This document shows, in pieces, positions 1-12,139 of a stretch of DNA of 64,000 nt. The notes beneath the pieces were generated by a model that was not told the DNA's origin, ran no database searches, and was given only the letters and a program-made list of their open reading frames with translations. Source of the stretch: an uncultured bacterium (GTDB lineage: Bacteria > Fidelibacterota > Marinisomatia > Marinisomatales > UBA1611); the NCBI GenBank assembly GCA_943788175.1, contig CALSPG010000005.1:519250-583249 (forward strand). Direction: 5' to 3'. Each line of letters opens with the position of its first letter. Within the stretch, counting starts at the first letter, position 1. The translations under genes were made by a program, and so were the position numbers.

Positions 1-111
1 TATGCTGATGGAACGAAAAGTTTTGAAGGCACTCCAAAGAGGTCTGTAGAAAAGGAAAGATGGACAAAGTGGAATGAAAAAATCCAAAATTCTATTGATT
101 CAAAAAAGTAA
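1..111 (+). CDS. 3' end of a gene truncated by the window edge, possibly a MORN-variant repeat protein
   Basis: Frame 1 reads YADGTKSFEGTPKRSVEKERWTKWNEKIQNSIDSKK* (TAA 109-111); Y-x-D-G-x-K-x-x-E-G...W resembles the repeat unit of the 49821 protein. Confidence 0.55.
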   Translation, partial: YADGTKSFEGTPKRSVEKERWTKWNEKIQNSIDSKK

Positions 112-202
112 TTTTTGTTTTAAAGTGGTTTAAATTATTATTAACTATGTGGTATACTTGTAAATGCTTGCATAAATTCCTCGCCTTAGAAAAGGAAATA
201 AA

Positions 203-1489
203 TTGAAGATAAACGTAAAAAATATAAATGATTATACAAAAGAAGTAGAGCTTGACGTTCCATGGACTACAATAGAGCCGGACTTTGAATCTACTATTAA
301 AAAATTTAGTAAAAAGGTAAAGCTTCCTGGCTTTAGGCCTGGGAAAATTCCTCGTGATAGGCTAATGCAACAATTTCAGCCAAATATTGAGGCTCAGTTC
401 ATGGATGATAATATTCATAAATATTATTTATTGGCCCTGCAGGAAGAAAAAATCGTGCCAGTAAATCAAGCAGAAATAAGGGATGTTCAATTCCAGTTAG
501 GTGAGCATTTTTCATTTACTGCAAAATTCGAGGTTGAACCAGATTTTAAGTTGCCCAAATTCAAAAATAATATGTTTAAAGTTCAGAAAAATAAATTTAT
601 TCCTGATGAGCAAGATATCACTGATGGCATTAATCAACTTCGAAGGTCTCATGCTCGCATTGAAACAGTAGAAGATGGTGCTCAAGAGAAAGATTTTATT
701 TTGTGCGATCTTCAAAAATTAGATGAGTCTGGTGTCGCAATTATTGGTAAAAAATTTGAAAAGCAAATGTTAAAAGTTGGAGATGGCTCTTTTACTGATG
801 ACCAAACAAGCAAATTAATTGGTCTCAAGCCCGGTGAGTTATCAAAGCTAGATCTACCAGATAATGAAGACAAAACAATCAAAAACCCATATGAATTAAC
901 TGTCGTTAAAGTAGAAAGAGAAGTATTGCCAGAGCTTAACGATGATTTTGTCAAGATGGTAAATCCTGAATTGAAATCGGTAGATGAATTAAATAATGAC
1001 GTACTTGAAAAAATTAATGAGAATTTTGCTGAAAGATCTCGTCAAAGTTTTGAGAAAGAAATTTCAGATGCTTTGATAGATAAAATAGGATTTGAAACGC
1101 CTCCTAGTATGGTAAACAACTATCTAAATAATATTCTGGAAGATGTAAAAAAACAAAATAATGGTGAAAAGATTGATGAACAGAAAGTTCTTGAAACATA
1201 CAGGCCTTCTGCTGAAAGAAATTTAAAGTGGTACTTAATCCGTAAAAAACTGATAGACCAAGAGCAGTTAAGTTTCAGTAGATCGGATATAGATGCTGAG
1301 GTAGAAAGCTTAATCTCTCGTACTCCGCAATCTGAAAAGGAAATTCGAAGGTTTTATAAAAAACCTAGTAATAGACAGCGAATTGAAGATGATCTAACTG
1401 AAAAAAAGATATTAGAGTATCTAACTCAATTTGCAAAAATTAAAGAAGTTGAAGTAAATACAAAGGACATTCGTGGAGAAGGCCAATGA
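203..1489 (+). CDS. tig: Trigger factor
   Basis: Ribosome-binding signature PGFRPGKIP, 428 aa, directly upstream of clpP; TTG start after AAGGA. Confidence 0.95.
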   Translation: MKINVKNINDYTKEVELDVPWTTIEPDFESTIKKFSKKVKLPGFRPGKIPRDRLMQQFQPNIEAQFMDDNIHKYYLLALQEEKIVPVNQAEIRDVQFQLGEHFSFTAKFEVEPDFKLPKFKNNMFKVQKNKFIPDEQDITDGINQLRRSHARIETVEDGAQEKDFILCDLQKLDESGVAIIGKKFEKQMLKVGDGSFTDDQTSKLIGLKPGELSKLDLPDNEDKTIKNPYELTVVKVEREVLPELNDDFVKMVNPELKSVDELNNDVLEKINENFAERSRQSFEKEISDALIDKIGFETPPSMVNNYLNNILEDVKKQNNGEKIDEQKVLETYRPSAERNLKWYLIRKKLIDQEQLSFSRSDIDAEVESLISRTPQSEKEIRRFYKKPSNRQRIEDDLTEKKILEYLTQFAKIKEVEVNTKDIRGEGQ

Positions 1490-2094
1490 GCATAGATAAA
1501 AATAGTATTAATCAGTTAGTACCTATCGTAGTAGAACAAACTGGTCGATCTGAAAGAGCATTTGATATTTATTCAAGACTGCTTAAAGAAAGAATTATAT
1601 TCCTTGGTACCCCTATAGATGACACGATGTCTTCTCTTGTAATTGCGCAGCTTCTTTTTCTAGAATCAGAAGATTCTGAAAAAGATATCTATCTTTATAT
1701 TAATTCACCCGGTGGAATTATAACCTCTGGTTTTGGGATTTATGATACTATGCAATACATTAAGCCTGATGTGGCTACAATTTGTATGGGGCAAGCTGCT
1801 AGTATGGGCGCTTTCCTCCTTGCTGGTGGTGCTAAGGGGAAAAGATCGGCTCTCCCAAATAGTAGAATTATGATTCACCAGCCAATGGGTGGTGCGCAAG
1901 GACAAGCTGTTGATATCAGGATTCAGGCAGATGAAATTCTTAGAATGAAAACTCAGCTTAATAAAATATTATCTAAAAATACAGGACAATCATTAAAAAA
2001 GATTGAGGAAGATACAGATAGAGATAATTTTATGTCAGCTAACGAAGCAAAAAAATACGGTTTAATTGATTTGGTATTATCTGCTAGAAAATAA
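1486..2094 (+). CDS. clpP: ATP-dependent Clp protease proteolytic subunit
   Basis: [29 protein letters not shown] (catalytic Ser), MIHQP (His), DRD. Confidence 0.98.
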   Translation: MSIDKNSINQLVPIVVEQTGRSERAFDIYSRLLKERIIFLGTPIDDTMSSLVIAQLLFLESEDSEKDIYLYINSPGGIITSGFGIYDTMQYIKPDVATICMGQAASMGAFLLAGGAKGKRSALPNSRIMIHQPMGGAQGQAVDIRIQADEILRMKTQLNKILSKNTGQSLKKIEEDTDRDNFMSANEAKKYGLIDLVLSARK

Positions 2095-3262
2095 ATGACT
2101 AATAGACCAACAAAGAATAGCAATCTAGAACTGAACCTCTCTGAAGAAGAGAAGCCTAAAGAAAGTTTCAAGGTTACTTTACAAAAACCTTCAAAAATAA
2201 AAGAGTTTTTAGACTCTTACGTTGTTGGTCAAGATTATGCTAAGAAGACAATCTCCGTAGCCGTATATAACCATTACAAACGTATAATTAATCAGTCTTA
2301 TGAATCTGGCGTTGAATTAGATAAAAGCAATATTTTGCTCATAGGTCCAACAGGTACCGGTAAAACTTTGATAGCTCAAACGTTAGCCCGTTTCCTCTCT
2401 GTGCCATTTGCGATAGCTGATGCAACTACCTTTACAGAAGCTGGATATGTAGGAGAAGATGTTGAAAACATTTTGGTTAGGTTGCTCCAGGTGTCTAACT
2501 ACAATGTTAGTGCTGCCGAGAAGGGAATTGTTTATATTGATGAGATTGATAAAGTTGGCAGAAAATCTGCAAGTACTTCGATTACTCGTGATGTTAGCGG
2601 AGAAGGGCGTTCAACAAGCCCTACTCAAAATAATTGAGGGTTCTATAAGCAACATTCCGCCAAAGGGAGGACGCAAGCATCCCGAGCAAAGTTTAATATC
2701 AATAGATACTTCAAATATTTTATTTATTTGTGGAGGTTCTTTTTCTGGGCTTGAAGACATTATCCAAAAGCGTACTGGAAAAGGAGAGCTGGGTTTTAAT
2801 TCTATCAAAAATGAAAATATTAAAGACGGTTCGAATGTTTCTGATATGTATAATATATTTAAATCTGTGAGGCAGCGAGACCTTGTTGAATTTGGAATTA
2901 TTCCTGAGCTTATTGGTCGGTTACCAGTGGTTTCAACTATGAGTAATTTATCTGATTCCGAAATGTTGAAAATTTTGACAAAACCTAAAAATGCTCTGAT
3001 AAATCAGTATAAAAAACTATTTCAGATGGAGGATGTAGAATTAATCTTTGAGAAGTCTGCACTAAAAAAAATTGTTGAGTTAGCACAAAAACGTAATTCA
3101 GGCGCAAGATCTTTAAGGGCTGTCCTCGAGGAGAGTTTGATGGATCTGATGTACGAAGTCCCTGACATGAATAAACCTGAAAAAATTATTATCAGCGAAG
3201 ATTTTGTATCGGGAATTCTAGGTTCGTCAGGCCTAAAAGAGATCCAGAAGAAGTCGGCTTAA
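2095..3262 (+). CDS. clpX: ClpX ATPase, split by a +1 frameshift at 2605-2607 (probable sequencing error); lacks the N-terminal zinc-binding domain
   Basis: Walker [19 protein letters not shown], Walker B YIDEIDK; removing one G from GGG 2605-2607 restores [17 protein letters not shown] and LGF loops and GARSLR lie in the second frame. Confidence 0.93.
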
Positions 3263-3400
3263 TATTTTTAATATTATAGCTGATTTTTTCTACCTTATTA
3301 AATATATTCTATACTCTTTTTTAAGATAATAATTTTTAACAATCGTAAATAGATTATCTTTTAATTAAACGACGATTGTTGTTTATATTTTTAGTATAAA

Positions 3401-5602
3401 ATGTTGAATAATAAAAATCTATCTAAATTTCTAGTATCTTTGATTGTCGTTATAATTTTTCAGAATTGTGAAGAGCCAAAAAACGATGAAGATTCCGACT
3501 TAGAAACTTACAGAAACACATTACAGAGTCAGTCTGTTGGGGATGGCAGTACGGGCTCTATTGACGATTATTTTTATAACTTTGATAACTCGTATGATGC
3601 GAAGTATTTAAAATACTCTAAATCTAAATTTAGTACTTCCTATGATAAATTTTTATCGTCCTATCCATACCCTCCTGATTATATGACGATGAAAAATTTC
3701 CCAGACTATTTACTCGATATCTCTCCTGATTCAGGGCAATTTTTAATTCGTAATCCTATTGATACTTTAGTAATTGCGTCAGACACGATTACTTCGGATA
3801 TTGGTAAAATAGTTCAAGACTCAATTTCCTTAGTATCTTCTCAATTTAAAAATTTGGAGTCTGTTGAATGGGATTTAGAGGCAGAGCCATCGCTTCAGAG
3901 ATACAGGTTAAGAAACTCAGGTTGGGTTCAAGAGGATACAATGTTGTACTATGCAGATACTTTTGACGTTAAGTCTTATTGGGCAGTTGTTGATACACCT
4001 TTGATCGATATGGGCTTTATGTTTGTTGATACTTCAGAGTGGCAGGACACAAGCTACTCATTTATAAAAGATGATTTAATCGTCTTCACCAATAATTTCG
4101 AGTTTACAAGGACCCAAATGCATGTTGATTCTTTAATATTTAGGATTAATACTGACTGTAATGATAATAACCAGTGGGATCAGGCTGAGCTTGGAGTTGC
4201 TGACTATAATAATGACGGGGATATGAAGGACATATTTTTCGAAAATAACGATAATTTTGATTACAATGGTGACGGCAATTTGGATGATATTATCTATGAA
4301 TTTATTGACAGAGGAAATGATATCTTAGACCCAGCTGAAACCTATTATGACGTTAACGAAAATGGGGTTTATGATATTGGAGAACCCTATGAAGACAGGA
4401 ACTGTAACAATGGGTGGGATGCCGCAGAACTAATTGATAAAGGAAATGGTCAGTATGATGATATTGAAGAATATACTTCCAAAGATTCTGATGACGATGG
4501 CAATGCGGAAAAGTATTTATATAAAATTGGCTCTGTTCCCAATAATATTTTGGTAGATTGGACAGATTCAGATAATCCGGAGTTACTTCTCAATATAAGT
4601 ATTGGTGATAGTGTTACAAATAGGTGGGGAAACGTTTATCAAAACATTATAGAAACTGTTTCATTTGTTGACACGAAAAGAAAAGAAGTCGGGGATATTG
4701 ACTCTCTGGTGACTCTTTATACAAATGATGTAGTTGGCTACATTGATGATAGTTCTCAGCAGCCTGGAGATTTCTATGTAACAAAAACCGAGTTGCTTTC
4801 TAATCGTATAGGGGATGATGGATTAAGAGTCGATTATGATTATCAAATTTTTTCAAAAGACCAGCATATAAATCAGCATTTATATAAGAGTTATTTTTTG
4901 CCACTAGGGTTTTATTGGAGTGAATCTCAAGTCAATCAAGGTTTCTGGCACAAAACACAATTAGAAAAAGATATTTATTTATATTCCTACAATGGTCTAT
5001 TTCGAGATGGTGAGCATGTAGATACCGCCTATTATGACACGACTGAAATAGCTGTGTACCTAATGCAGAAGTCATTTGAGGTTGAGAAAGCTGAAATAAC
5101 AGTTCCAGCAGCAAAAATCAAAGCAATATATAACAATGGATCATATAGATGCCTTAGGGATGAATCAATAGCTGATTTTGAAGAAGATTGCCCTCAAGTA
5201 GATACGACATTTGTTGATTGTTTTAAAATTACAACTACAACGAATATGACTATGATGGGTTCTGGTGTTGAATATGGTCAAAAAGTTTACACCTGGCTTG
5301 CAAAAGACCATGGTATAGTAAAAAGCGATCTCTACATTCGTTGGACAGAAAGTCCATATGCTGACTCATTTTCTTCCGGTGAGGTGGATGAGAATGGACA
5401 AACATGGTCGGGGTATTCAAGAATTGAGTTAGCTGAAATTAATGTAAATAAATCTGGCAACGTTTTTAGACAAATATATAATCCCGCTCAAGTAGTCAAA
5501 AAAGAAAATTTTAAAGACCTGCCTGATTTTAATTATGACGCATTTAAAATAAGTAATCAGAGCGGTTTCCATACGATTGATATGCGTGAGTTTGTTGAAT
5601 GA
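3401..5602 (+). CDS. Acidic lipoprotein with DxNxNG putative Ca-binding repeats
   Basis: Signal peptide ending IIFQNC (lipobox-like Cys23); tandem D-x-N-x-N/D-G-x-W/Y-D-x-x-E motifs at about aa 250-370; overlaps the start of the TBDR gene. Confidence 0.7.
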   Translation: MLNNKNLSKFLVSLIVVIIFQNCEEPKNDEDSDLETYRNTLQSQSVGDGSTGSIDDYFYNFDNSYDAKYLKYSKSKFSTSYDKFLSSYPYPPDYMTMKNFPDYLLDISPDSGQFLIRNPIDTLVIASDTITSDIGKIVQDSISLVSSQFKNLESVEWDLEAEPSLQRYRLRNSGWVQEDTMLYYADTFDVKSYWAVVDTPLIDMGFMFVDTSEWQDTSYSFIKDDLIVFTNNFEFTRTQMHVDSLIFRINTDCNDNNQWDQAELGVADYNNDGDMKDIFFENNDNFDYNGDGNLDDIIYEFIDRGNDILDPAETYYDVNENGVYDIGEPYEDRNCNNGWDAAELIDKGNGQYDDIEEYTSKDSDDDGNAEKYLYKIGSVPNNILVDWTDSDNPELLLNISIGDSVTNRWGNVYQNIIETVSFVDTKRKEVGDIDSLVTLYTNDVVGYIDDSSQQPGDFYVTKTELLSNRIGDDGLRVDYDYQIFSKDQHINQHLYKSYFLPLGFYWSESQVNQGFWHKTQLEKDIYLYSYNGLFRDGEHVDTAYYDTTEIAVYLMQKSFEVEKAEITVPAAKIKAIYNNGSYRCLRDESIADFEEDCPQVDTTFVDCFKITTTTNMTMMGSGVEYGQKVYTWLAKDHGIVKSDLYIRWTESPYADSFSSGEVDENGQTWSGYSRIELAEINVNKSGNVFRQIYNPAQVVKKENFKDLPDFNYDAFKISNQSGFHTIDMREFVE

Positions 5603-8600
5603 TTATTAGACTTATATTATTAGCTTTTATCTATTTTTCTGGTTTTGTTATTGCTGGGACAGACGGAACTATTCGAGGTAAAGTTTCTGATGAGGACTCG
5701 ATGGAGTTGCCGGGGGCGACTATTTATCTTCCTGGTTTGGGCGTTGGTGCAGCCGCTGATGTAAATGGTAATTTTATTATTCTAAATATACCAGTTGGTA
5801 AGTACGATGTCGTCGTTCAAATGGTGGGTTATCAAAAGAAAACATATAAAGAAGTTCATGTTGTGATGGATCAAACGGTTTGGCTAAATCCAACTTTGCC
5901 AGTCGCGGCCGTTGAGGGTGACGAGGTAGAAGTTTTAGGCACGAGGCCTTTGGTGGAGAGAGGCAGTACCTCGAAAAAAATCACGGTGGATAAAGAAGCC
6001 ATTCAGTCTTTGCCTATTCGAGATATGTCTGAGCTATATTCTCTTCAATCGGGTGTTGTAAAAGTTGAGAGTAAAACTAGGGGCATTCCTAACCAGGAGG
6101 AAAGAGGCCTTGAAGAAGTTCACGTTCGAGGTGGTAGGTCTGGAGAAATCGCTTACATGATTGATGGTATGTATATAAGAAATCCAATTTTTGGTGGTAT
6201 TGGTTCTGGCACAAGGTTGAACCTATTTGCAATTAATGAATTTGATTGGCAACCAGGCGGTTTCAATGCAGAATATGGTGATGCAATGTCTGCGGTTTCA
6301 AATTGGCACACCTCATCTGGTGGCGAAAACATTGAATACCATTTTGAATACGAGACTAGTTTGGTTGGTGCTTTTTTGAATGAGCTTCGTGGTAAAACAA
6401 AAGATACTGAAAACTTTGATAAGCTAAGGGGTTTGAATGATTACAATTTTGGTATTGGTGGTCCAGTATTGGGGATCCCGAAATTAAGGTTTTGGTTCAG
6501 TGGCCAACATACAACAGAAGAAAACTATAGTGTGTATGAATTTGATGACCGTGTTTATTTAGGTGAAGACCAAGATCTACTACTGGATACCTTAGCATTA
6601 AACAAAGCTAATTTAGTAAATCCTTGGGATAATATATCAGGTTTTAGAGGGTTTGGTTTTGATAAGACTACGGATATTTTTACAAAATTAAGTTATAAAT
6701 ACTCTGGTAAATTAAGATTTCACCTAAGTTATTGGAGAGTTGCAAACCATTTGCAAGCTTTTAATGCTAGATATCTTTATTGGGATGAGGGTAGAAATGA
6801 ATTGTTTCGTGATACGTATAGGGTGAATTTTGAAATAAATCACTCTCTGACCCCAAAAACTTTTTATACAGTTCGTTTTGCTCGTTTCATTCAAGATCAG
6901 TTTCAGGGGGTTCGCTGGAGAGACAATGACAACGATGGTTTCCCGAATTGGTTTGAATGGCGGCATGCAGCTGGGAACAAAGATATTTCAGATCCAGAAA
7001 ATTCTAATGTGGTCCCTTACAGAATTGGCGAGGATGGAGATACGGTTAGATACACTAATAGAGATGATATAAGCGGTTGGCATGTAGGTGCAACTCCAGG
7101 CATGTGGAATTGGGAGTCTGCAGAAAAATTCGACGATTCTAATGGTAATGGCGTCTGGGATGTGGGTGAGAGCTTTACGGATTGGGATAACGATGGCTCT
7201 TGGGATGGCCCAGAACTAGTTAAAGAGCTAGAATATAGAGACGATAGTTATTGGCTTGAGCCTGAGATGTATGAAGATTATGAGCCATTTTTAGATTATA
7301 ATAGTATTAGATTGCAATTTGAAAATATTCCAGGGAACTCCAGAGCGCCTGTTAATACGCCTTGGGATCCTGAAAACATTTATTATTACATGCCAACGCC
7401 ACAAGGTGATGTTTGGGAAGAAGGAAGAGCTTTTGGTGGGCACGATAATTTTTATGCAGATTCCAGAGCTGTCACTGATGAGGTCCGAATCGATCTTACT
7501 TCTCAAATATCTGATAAATGGAAAGCGCGTTGGGGGTTCGACTATAAATATCATAGACTGAATTTTTATGAAATTATTAGTCCTTGGCTTGGTCAAGCAG
7601 CTTCTAGGCAAACTTTTGCAGAGTATTGGCAAGATACTGGACCAGATGGATTATTACCTATTGATAGCGGCTACGTTAACCCAGATATAGGTGAAAACAA
7701 TGGTAAGTGGGATGAGGGAGAAGACTATTCTGACTCAAATGAAAATGGTAGATGGGATAACTACAGAGAACCAGAAGAGTTTTCAGCTTACATGCAAAAT
7801 ACTTTTGAGGTTCCATGGATGGTTATTAATTATGGTATACGCATAGATGCCGTAAACTATAATACTCAAATATGGGCCGATACTTCAGGAAAGTATACTC
7901 CGGGTACGCCATGGTATTTTTCTGATTTGAATGATAATGATGTATGGGACAGTAATGAAGAAGTAAGTACCTTGGCAGGGTTGCCAAGACAAAAAGTGAT
8001 ACTTAAAAGTGCAGATTGGTTCTATAAGATAAGTCCGCGAATAGGTTTCAGTCATGTTATCACAGATAAGTCGACATTTACTTTTAATTATGGTCTTTAT
8101 TATCAAACTCCAAAATATCAGAATATCTATTTAAATACGAATAGGATGGAAGACCCTGAAGAACTGTTTGAAGAAGGTAATGGTGAGGTTGGTAACGCAA
8201 CGATGAATGCACAAAGAACCCAGTCTTACTCAGCTGGTTTTAACGTGCAAGTTGGGCAAAATTGGTCTTATTCTCTAATGACTTGGGTGAAAAACATGGA
8301 TCAGTTAACTAAAAATACGTTCCAGCGTTCTGGTGTTTATTCTTATAATATTAGTGAAAATGGAGATTATGGTAGTGCAAAGGGTATAGATTTAACATTG
8401 AAGTTTAGAGGTCGTGCATTTGGATCGCAGTTGCAGTATACGTATTCGATAGCAAAGAATAACAGTGAATACCCTTGGGCAAATGTTAGTGGTCAATATG
8501 TAGATGCTCCGAGTCAAGAGTCATTGCAGTTTTACGATAGGCCTCATGATCTAACATTCTGGTTTTATACTGGGTTGCCATTCGGTATCAATGCAGCTGT

Positions 8601-8976
8601 AACTGCCTTTTACCAAAGTGGGGGTCCTTATACTCCTTATATATTCGCAGGAAAAGACCCGAAACCTGATGAGAGGAATATAAACACTAATAGAGGGCCT
8701 GCTTTTAAAAATGCAAATTTAAATTTTAGTAAATATGTTTCCATTATGAATCATAGGGTAAGTCTTGGTTTGAGTGTCTATAATTTTTTAGATATAAGAA
8801 ACGAAGTAGATGTCTGGCCACTGACTGGCAAAGCTGATGACCCCGGCGCCTACTATACAGATAGGGTTGGGTTGGCTGATTCAGAGCACTATTTATCCAG
8901 CGCATATTATGATCGTCCTTGGCGCTCTTCTCAGCCTAGAGAAGTTAATTTCAATGTGAGGTTTGATTTTGATTGA
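5599..8976 (+). CDS. TonB-dependent receptor with N-terminal carboxypeptidase-regulatory-like domain
   Basis: GTDGTIRGKV..D...LPGATI, plug motifs HVRGGRSGEIAYMIDG and GGFNAEYGDAMS, SPRIGFSH, terminal strand PREVNFNVRFDFD. Confidence 0.9.
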   Translation: MIIRLILLAFIYFSGFVIAGTDGTIRGKVSDEDSMELPGATIYLPGLGVGAAADVNGNFIILNIPVGKYDVVVQMVGYQKKTYKEVHVVMDQTVWLNPTLPVAAVEGDEVEVLGTRPLVERGSTSKKITVDKEAIQSLPIRDMSELYSLQSGVVKVESKTRGIPNQEERGLEEVHVRGGRSGEIAYMIDGMYIRNPIFGGIGSGTRLNLFAINEFDWQPGGFNAEYGDAMSAVSNWHTSSGGENIEYHFEYETSLVGAFLNELRGKTKDTENFDKLRGLNDYNFGIGGPVLGIPKLRFWFSGQHTTEENYSVYEFDDRVYLGEDQDLLLDTLALNKANLVNPWDNISGFRGFGFDKTTDIFTKLSYKYSGKLRFHLSYWRVANHLQAFNARYLYWDEGRNELFRDTYRVNFEINHSLTPKTFYTVRFARFIQDQFQGVRWRDNDNDGFPNWFEWRHAAGNKDISDPENSNVVPYRIGEDGDTVRYTNRDDISGWHVGATPGMWNWESAEKFDDSNGNGVWDVGESFTDWDNDGSWDGPELVKELEYRDDSYWLEPEMYEDYEPFLDYNSIRLQFENIPGNSRAPVNTPWDPENIYYYMPTPQGDVWEEGRAFGGHDNFYADSRAVTDEVRIDLTSQISDKWKARWGFDYKYHRLNFYEIISPWLGQAASRQTFAEYWQDTGPDGLLPIDSGYVNPDIGENNGKWDEGEDYSDSNENGRWDNYREPEEFSAYMQNTFEVPWMVINYGIRIDAVNYNTQIWADTSGKYTPGTPWYFSDLNDNDVWDSNEEVSTLAGLPRQKVILKSADWFYKISPRIGFSHVITDKSTFTFNYGLYYQTPKYQNIYLNTNRMEDPEELFEEGNGEVGNATMNAQRTQSYSAGFNVQVGQNWSYSLMTWVKNMDQLTKNTFQRSGVYSYNISENGDYGSAKGIDLTLKFRGRAFGSQLQYTYSIAKNNSEYPWANVSGQYVDAPSQESLQFYDRPHDLTFWFYTGLPFGINAAVTAFYQSGGPYTPYIFAGKDPKPDERNINTNRGPAFKNANLNFSKYVSIMNHRVSLGLSVYNFLDIRNEVDVWPLTGKADDPGAYYTDRVGLADSEHYLSSAYYDRPWRSSQPREVNFNVRFDFD

Positions 8977-11900
8977 TGTTTTCAAGAAAAATATGTTTTT
9001 AATTACTCTTTTTATTTTCGCATCTTTGGTTGTCGCCGGGTCTGAAAAATATGAGCGTGATCAAGTGGTGGACCCATATCGAAATAGTGCTGCTGCGCGT
9101 ATAGGAGATCACCCTTTTCCGACAAATCCAATGAATGACAGGGCTATTGGTTATTTATTGCAAGGAAAAGTCAATAATGGAATATCAAATTATGGCAATC
9201 TAATTAATTGGGACGAGCAACCTGCTGGTTTATGGGGAGATTATTCATATTTGCCCTCTGTCGCTTTCTTAGCAGGCCTTCCAGGGCATAAAAAGACATC
9301 TGCGTTTCAATGGTCTCAGCTCGAGTCAGTCGTTGATTCCGAAGGCAATGTGATTTATAGTATTTGGGAATCCCAAGGTGCCTACGAATCGTGGTACGCA
9401 AATGGAGATACTAATTATGTAGGTATCCTTTTTAATGCAGAAGATGATTTCGGTAAGTGGGATCCGGATAGTATATCAAAAAAATCATCCATAGATGATC
9501 TAACGGATGCCTACCAGTGGGTTGAGGATACAAGATAATAGTAGCATAATTATAAGCACTCTTGGTGAAAATGATCCAAACAGTTCTTCCGCTAGAATCG
9601 GATTCATTCATCCTTGGGCTTTAAGGCCTAAACTGAAAAGTCGTGAAGACCAATTTGATTTATATGACTATGGCAGTGACCAAGAAGAGTGGACTAAAGA
9701 TGATAACTTGTTTTACTATGGTGCTACAGCTTCAGAATCATGGTTTACCAGGAACGACCCTTCATTCAATACTGATTGGCACGCCAGTACAATGTCTAGG
9801 ACAAATACGCACAACCTAGACGTGACCGCCGGTGATTTATTTGGTGATACCTATGTGACAGATAGTGAGGACACATATCCTCTTTTAGCTCATAGTGATT
9901 ATTCAAGTACTTGGCCAACGAGATTCAACACGTAACAGCGACCAATGAGTCCTTCTGGCCTGGGTCTTGGAGTCAAGATTACAATACGTTTTTACCGGGC
10001 TGTGATAACTCAAGAAAAGATCCCGATTGCTGGGAGGAAGTCCCGGGTCGTTTTGTGTCAGATATGGATGTGTATATGGAATTTGACGATAGGTGGGCGC
10101 ATCGTGGGAATGTAGTTAATACAAATAATGAGTACGAAACAACCGGTTACCCCATGGGTCTAAAGGTTATGGCGACTGCTCATTCTTATGGCGTCTCTTA
10201 TGCCGAAGATATTATGTTTGTTACTGTCAAGGTTCGAAATGAAAGTGGTGATTGGTGCGCTAAGGATGAATATGGCGTCCCTGTACTGGATAGTGAGGGA
10301 AATCAAATTTGTGGGGAGGGTATGATTATGCCCGATGGAACCAAGTTGAATCGTGGAAAAGGTTTTGATTACAAGGATATGTCGTTGGGTTTTTATATGG
10401 ATGCAGATGTATTGATGGGCGATAAAGGAGGTTATAATTCTGGACTCCATACTAATGATGACGATTTTATGAAATATTATTATGAGTTTTTTGAATTAAA
10501 TGATGAAAGATTATCGGTTAGTCTTGCAATGATTGGTGATTATGATGGGTTGTCTGGTCTTCCTGGTTATGCTATGGATCCTGATAGTCCTAGCCCTGGT
10601 AATAGTTACGGCGTTGTTGCTACTCAAATGTTAGATTCTCCTCGAGCTACTACAGAAATAGATTTAGATCAGGATGGGACTACGGATATTTTTCCAGGCG
10701 AGCCTTTAAAAATGACTGATTGGCACTGGTTTGATTGGTATAGTAGACCGGGTGTTACGCAGGCAGAAGGTAATTCGAGTGGTTGTAATGCTGGGTCTCC
10801 TGGATGTCCTCAAGCTAGAAATAAAGAAGAAATTCTTTATAAAATAATGACAGGCGACACTACAAATTTAATGCCGGATGAGCATGAATGGTATTTTCAT
10901 ACGCCTAATCCAGGTACAGATCTAGGTTCAGAGCTTAATCCTCATTTTGATTCATTAGAGGGTCTGAAAGAAGAACCTGCTTTTTTAAGAGAGCCTGATG
11001 GTTTGGATTGTGTGTTGATTCTAAGTTGTGGTCCTTTTGATTTACCTGTCGGAAGAGAAGTTCCATTTTCTTTTTGCATCATCTTTGGTCAAAACGAAGA
11101 AGACTTAATTAATAACGCTAAATTTGCTCAAGTTATGTACAACTCTCGTTATCAGGGTTTTACACCGCCAACGAGACCAACGGTTCATGCTGTTACAGAG
11201 CAGGGGAAAGTAAAGCTATATTGGAATGACCATGCAGAATCATCTACTGATGTAGTTACTGGATATGCTGACTTTGAAGGTTATAAAATTTATAAAAGTA
11301 TTGATGGCGGAGAATCTTGGGGAAAGCCAAGCGATATGATTTACGATGCAGATGGTATTTTTGTTGGATGGCAACCTTATTCTCAATATGATTTATCTGC
11401 TGAAGAAGATTCTCTTCACTGTACTTACTCAAATAGTTTCGATTGTGATGAAAAAAATTCTCGTGGGCACGCAATAAAAGGGCAAGACCCCTATTCTCCT
11501 TGGTTTAACCTTGGTTCTGATACTGGTTTCGACTTAATCCGTTTAGACGAGCCTTATGTCGTTGATGGAGATAGTTTTCAATACGTTTTTGAGGACGATG
11601 ATGTTGTGGACGGTCTTGAGTACACTTACTCAATAGTAGCATATGACATGGGCGTCGAGCCTCCTTATAAGACAGTTTATGAACCTATAGGGAATGGTCA
11701 ATTCAATGCAGTTGTTGATACGAACTATTCAAACCCCGATCAGTGGGCAAGTCCTGAGGGCTACACATATATTGAAAATTCTAGGGGAACTACAATTTTA
11801 GATAGAAATTTTGTTCAAGTCTACCCTGGTGTTCAGCCTCAGGCAAGCTTAAAGAACGTTGGCGTGGTTCCTAATCCTTATATAGTCAGGTCTGGTCACA

Positions 11901-12139
11901 ACGAAACCACTTTTAATAGAAAAATTAAGTTTAACAATCTCCCTTCACAATGTATGATTAGTATTTATACAGTAACAGGTGAGTTAGTATCTGAATTTGA
12001 GCATCAAAGCATAACTAATGGTTATGCATGGTGGGATATGCGAACGGTAAATAATCAAGAAGTTGCTCCGGGTTTGTATGTTTTTCACATCAAGGGTGCA
12101 GGTGAAGAGAAGGTTGGAAAATTTGCGGTGATACGATGA
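8963..12139 (+). CDS. Large secreted protein (cargo 1) with FN3-like domain and PNPY...KFAVIR C-terminal sorting-like domain; split into three ORFs by two indels (~9530 and ~9928); start may be ATG 8993
   Basis: ORFs 8963-9538, 9507-9935 and 9911-12139 join as ...YQWVED/QDNSSII...WPTRFN/VTATNESFWPG; hydrophobic signal FLITLFIFASLVVA; DFEGYKIYKS; C-terminus VVPNPY..IKFNNLP..IYTVTGELV..WWD..APGLY..KFAVIR. Confidence 0.75.

Noticed and set aside
2595-2640. Programmed ribosomal frameshift in clpX
   Set aside because: No slippery heptamer; one extra G in a GGG run inside a highly conserved motif, in a window with many similar indels
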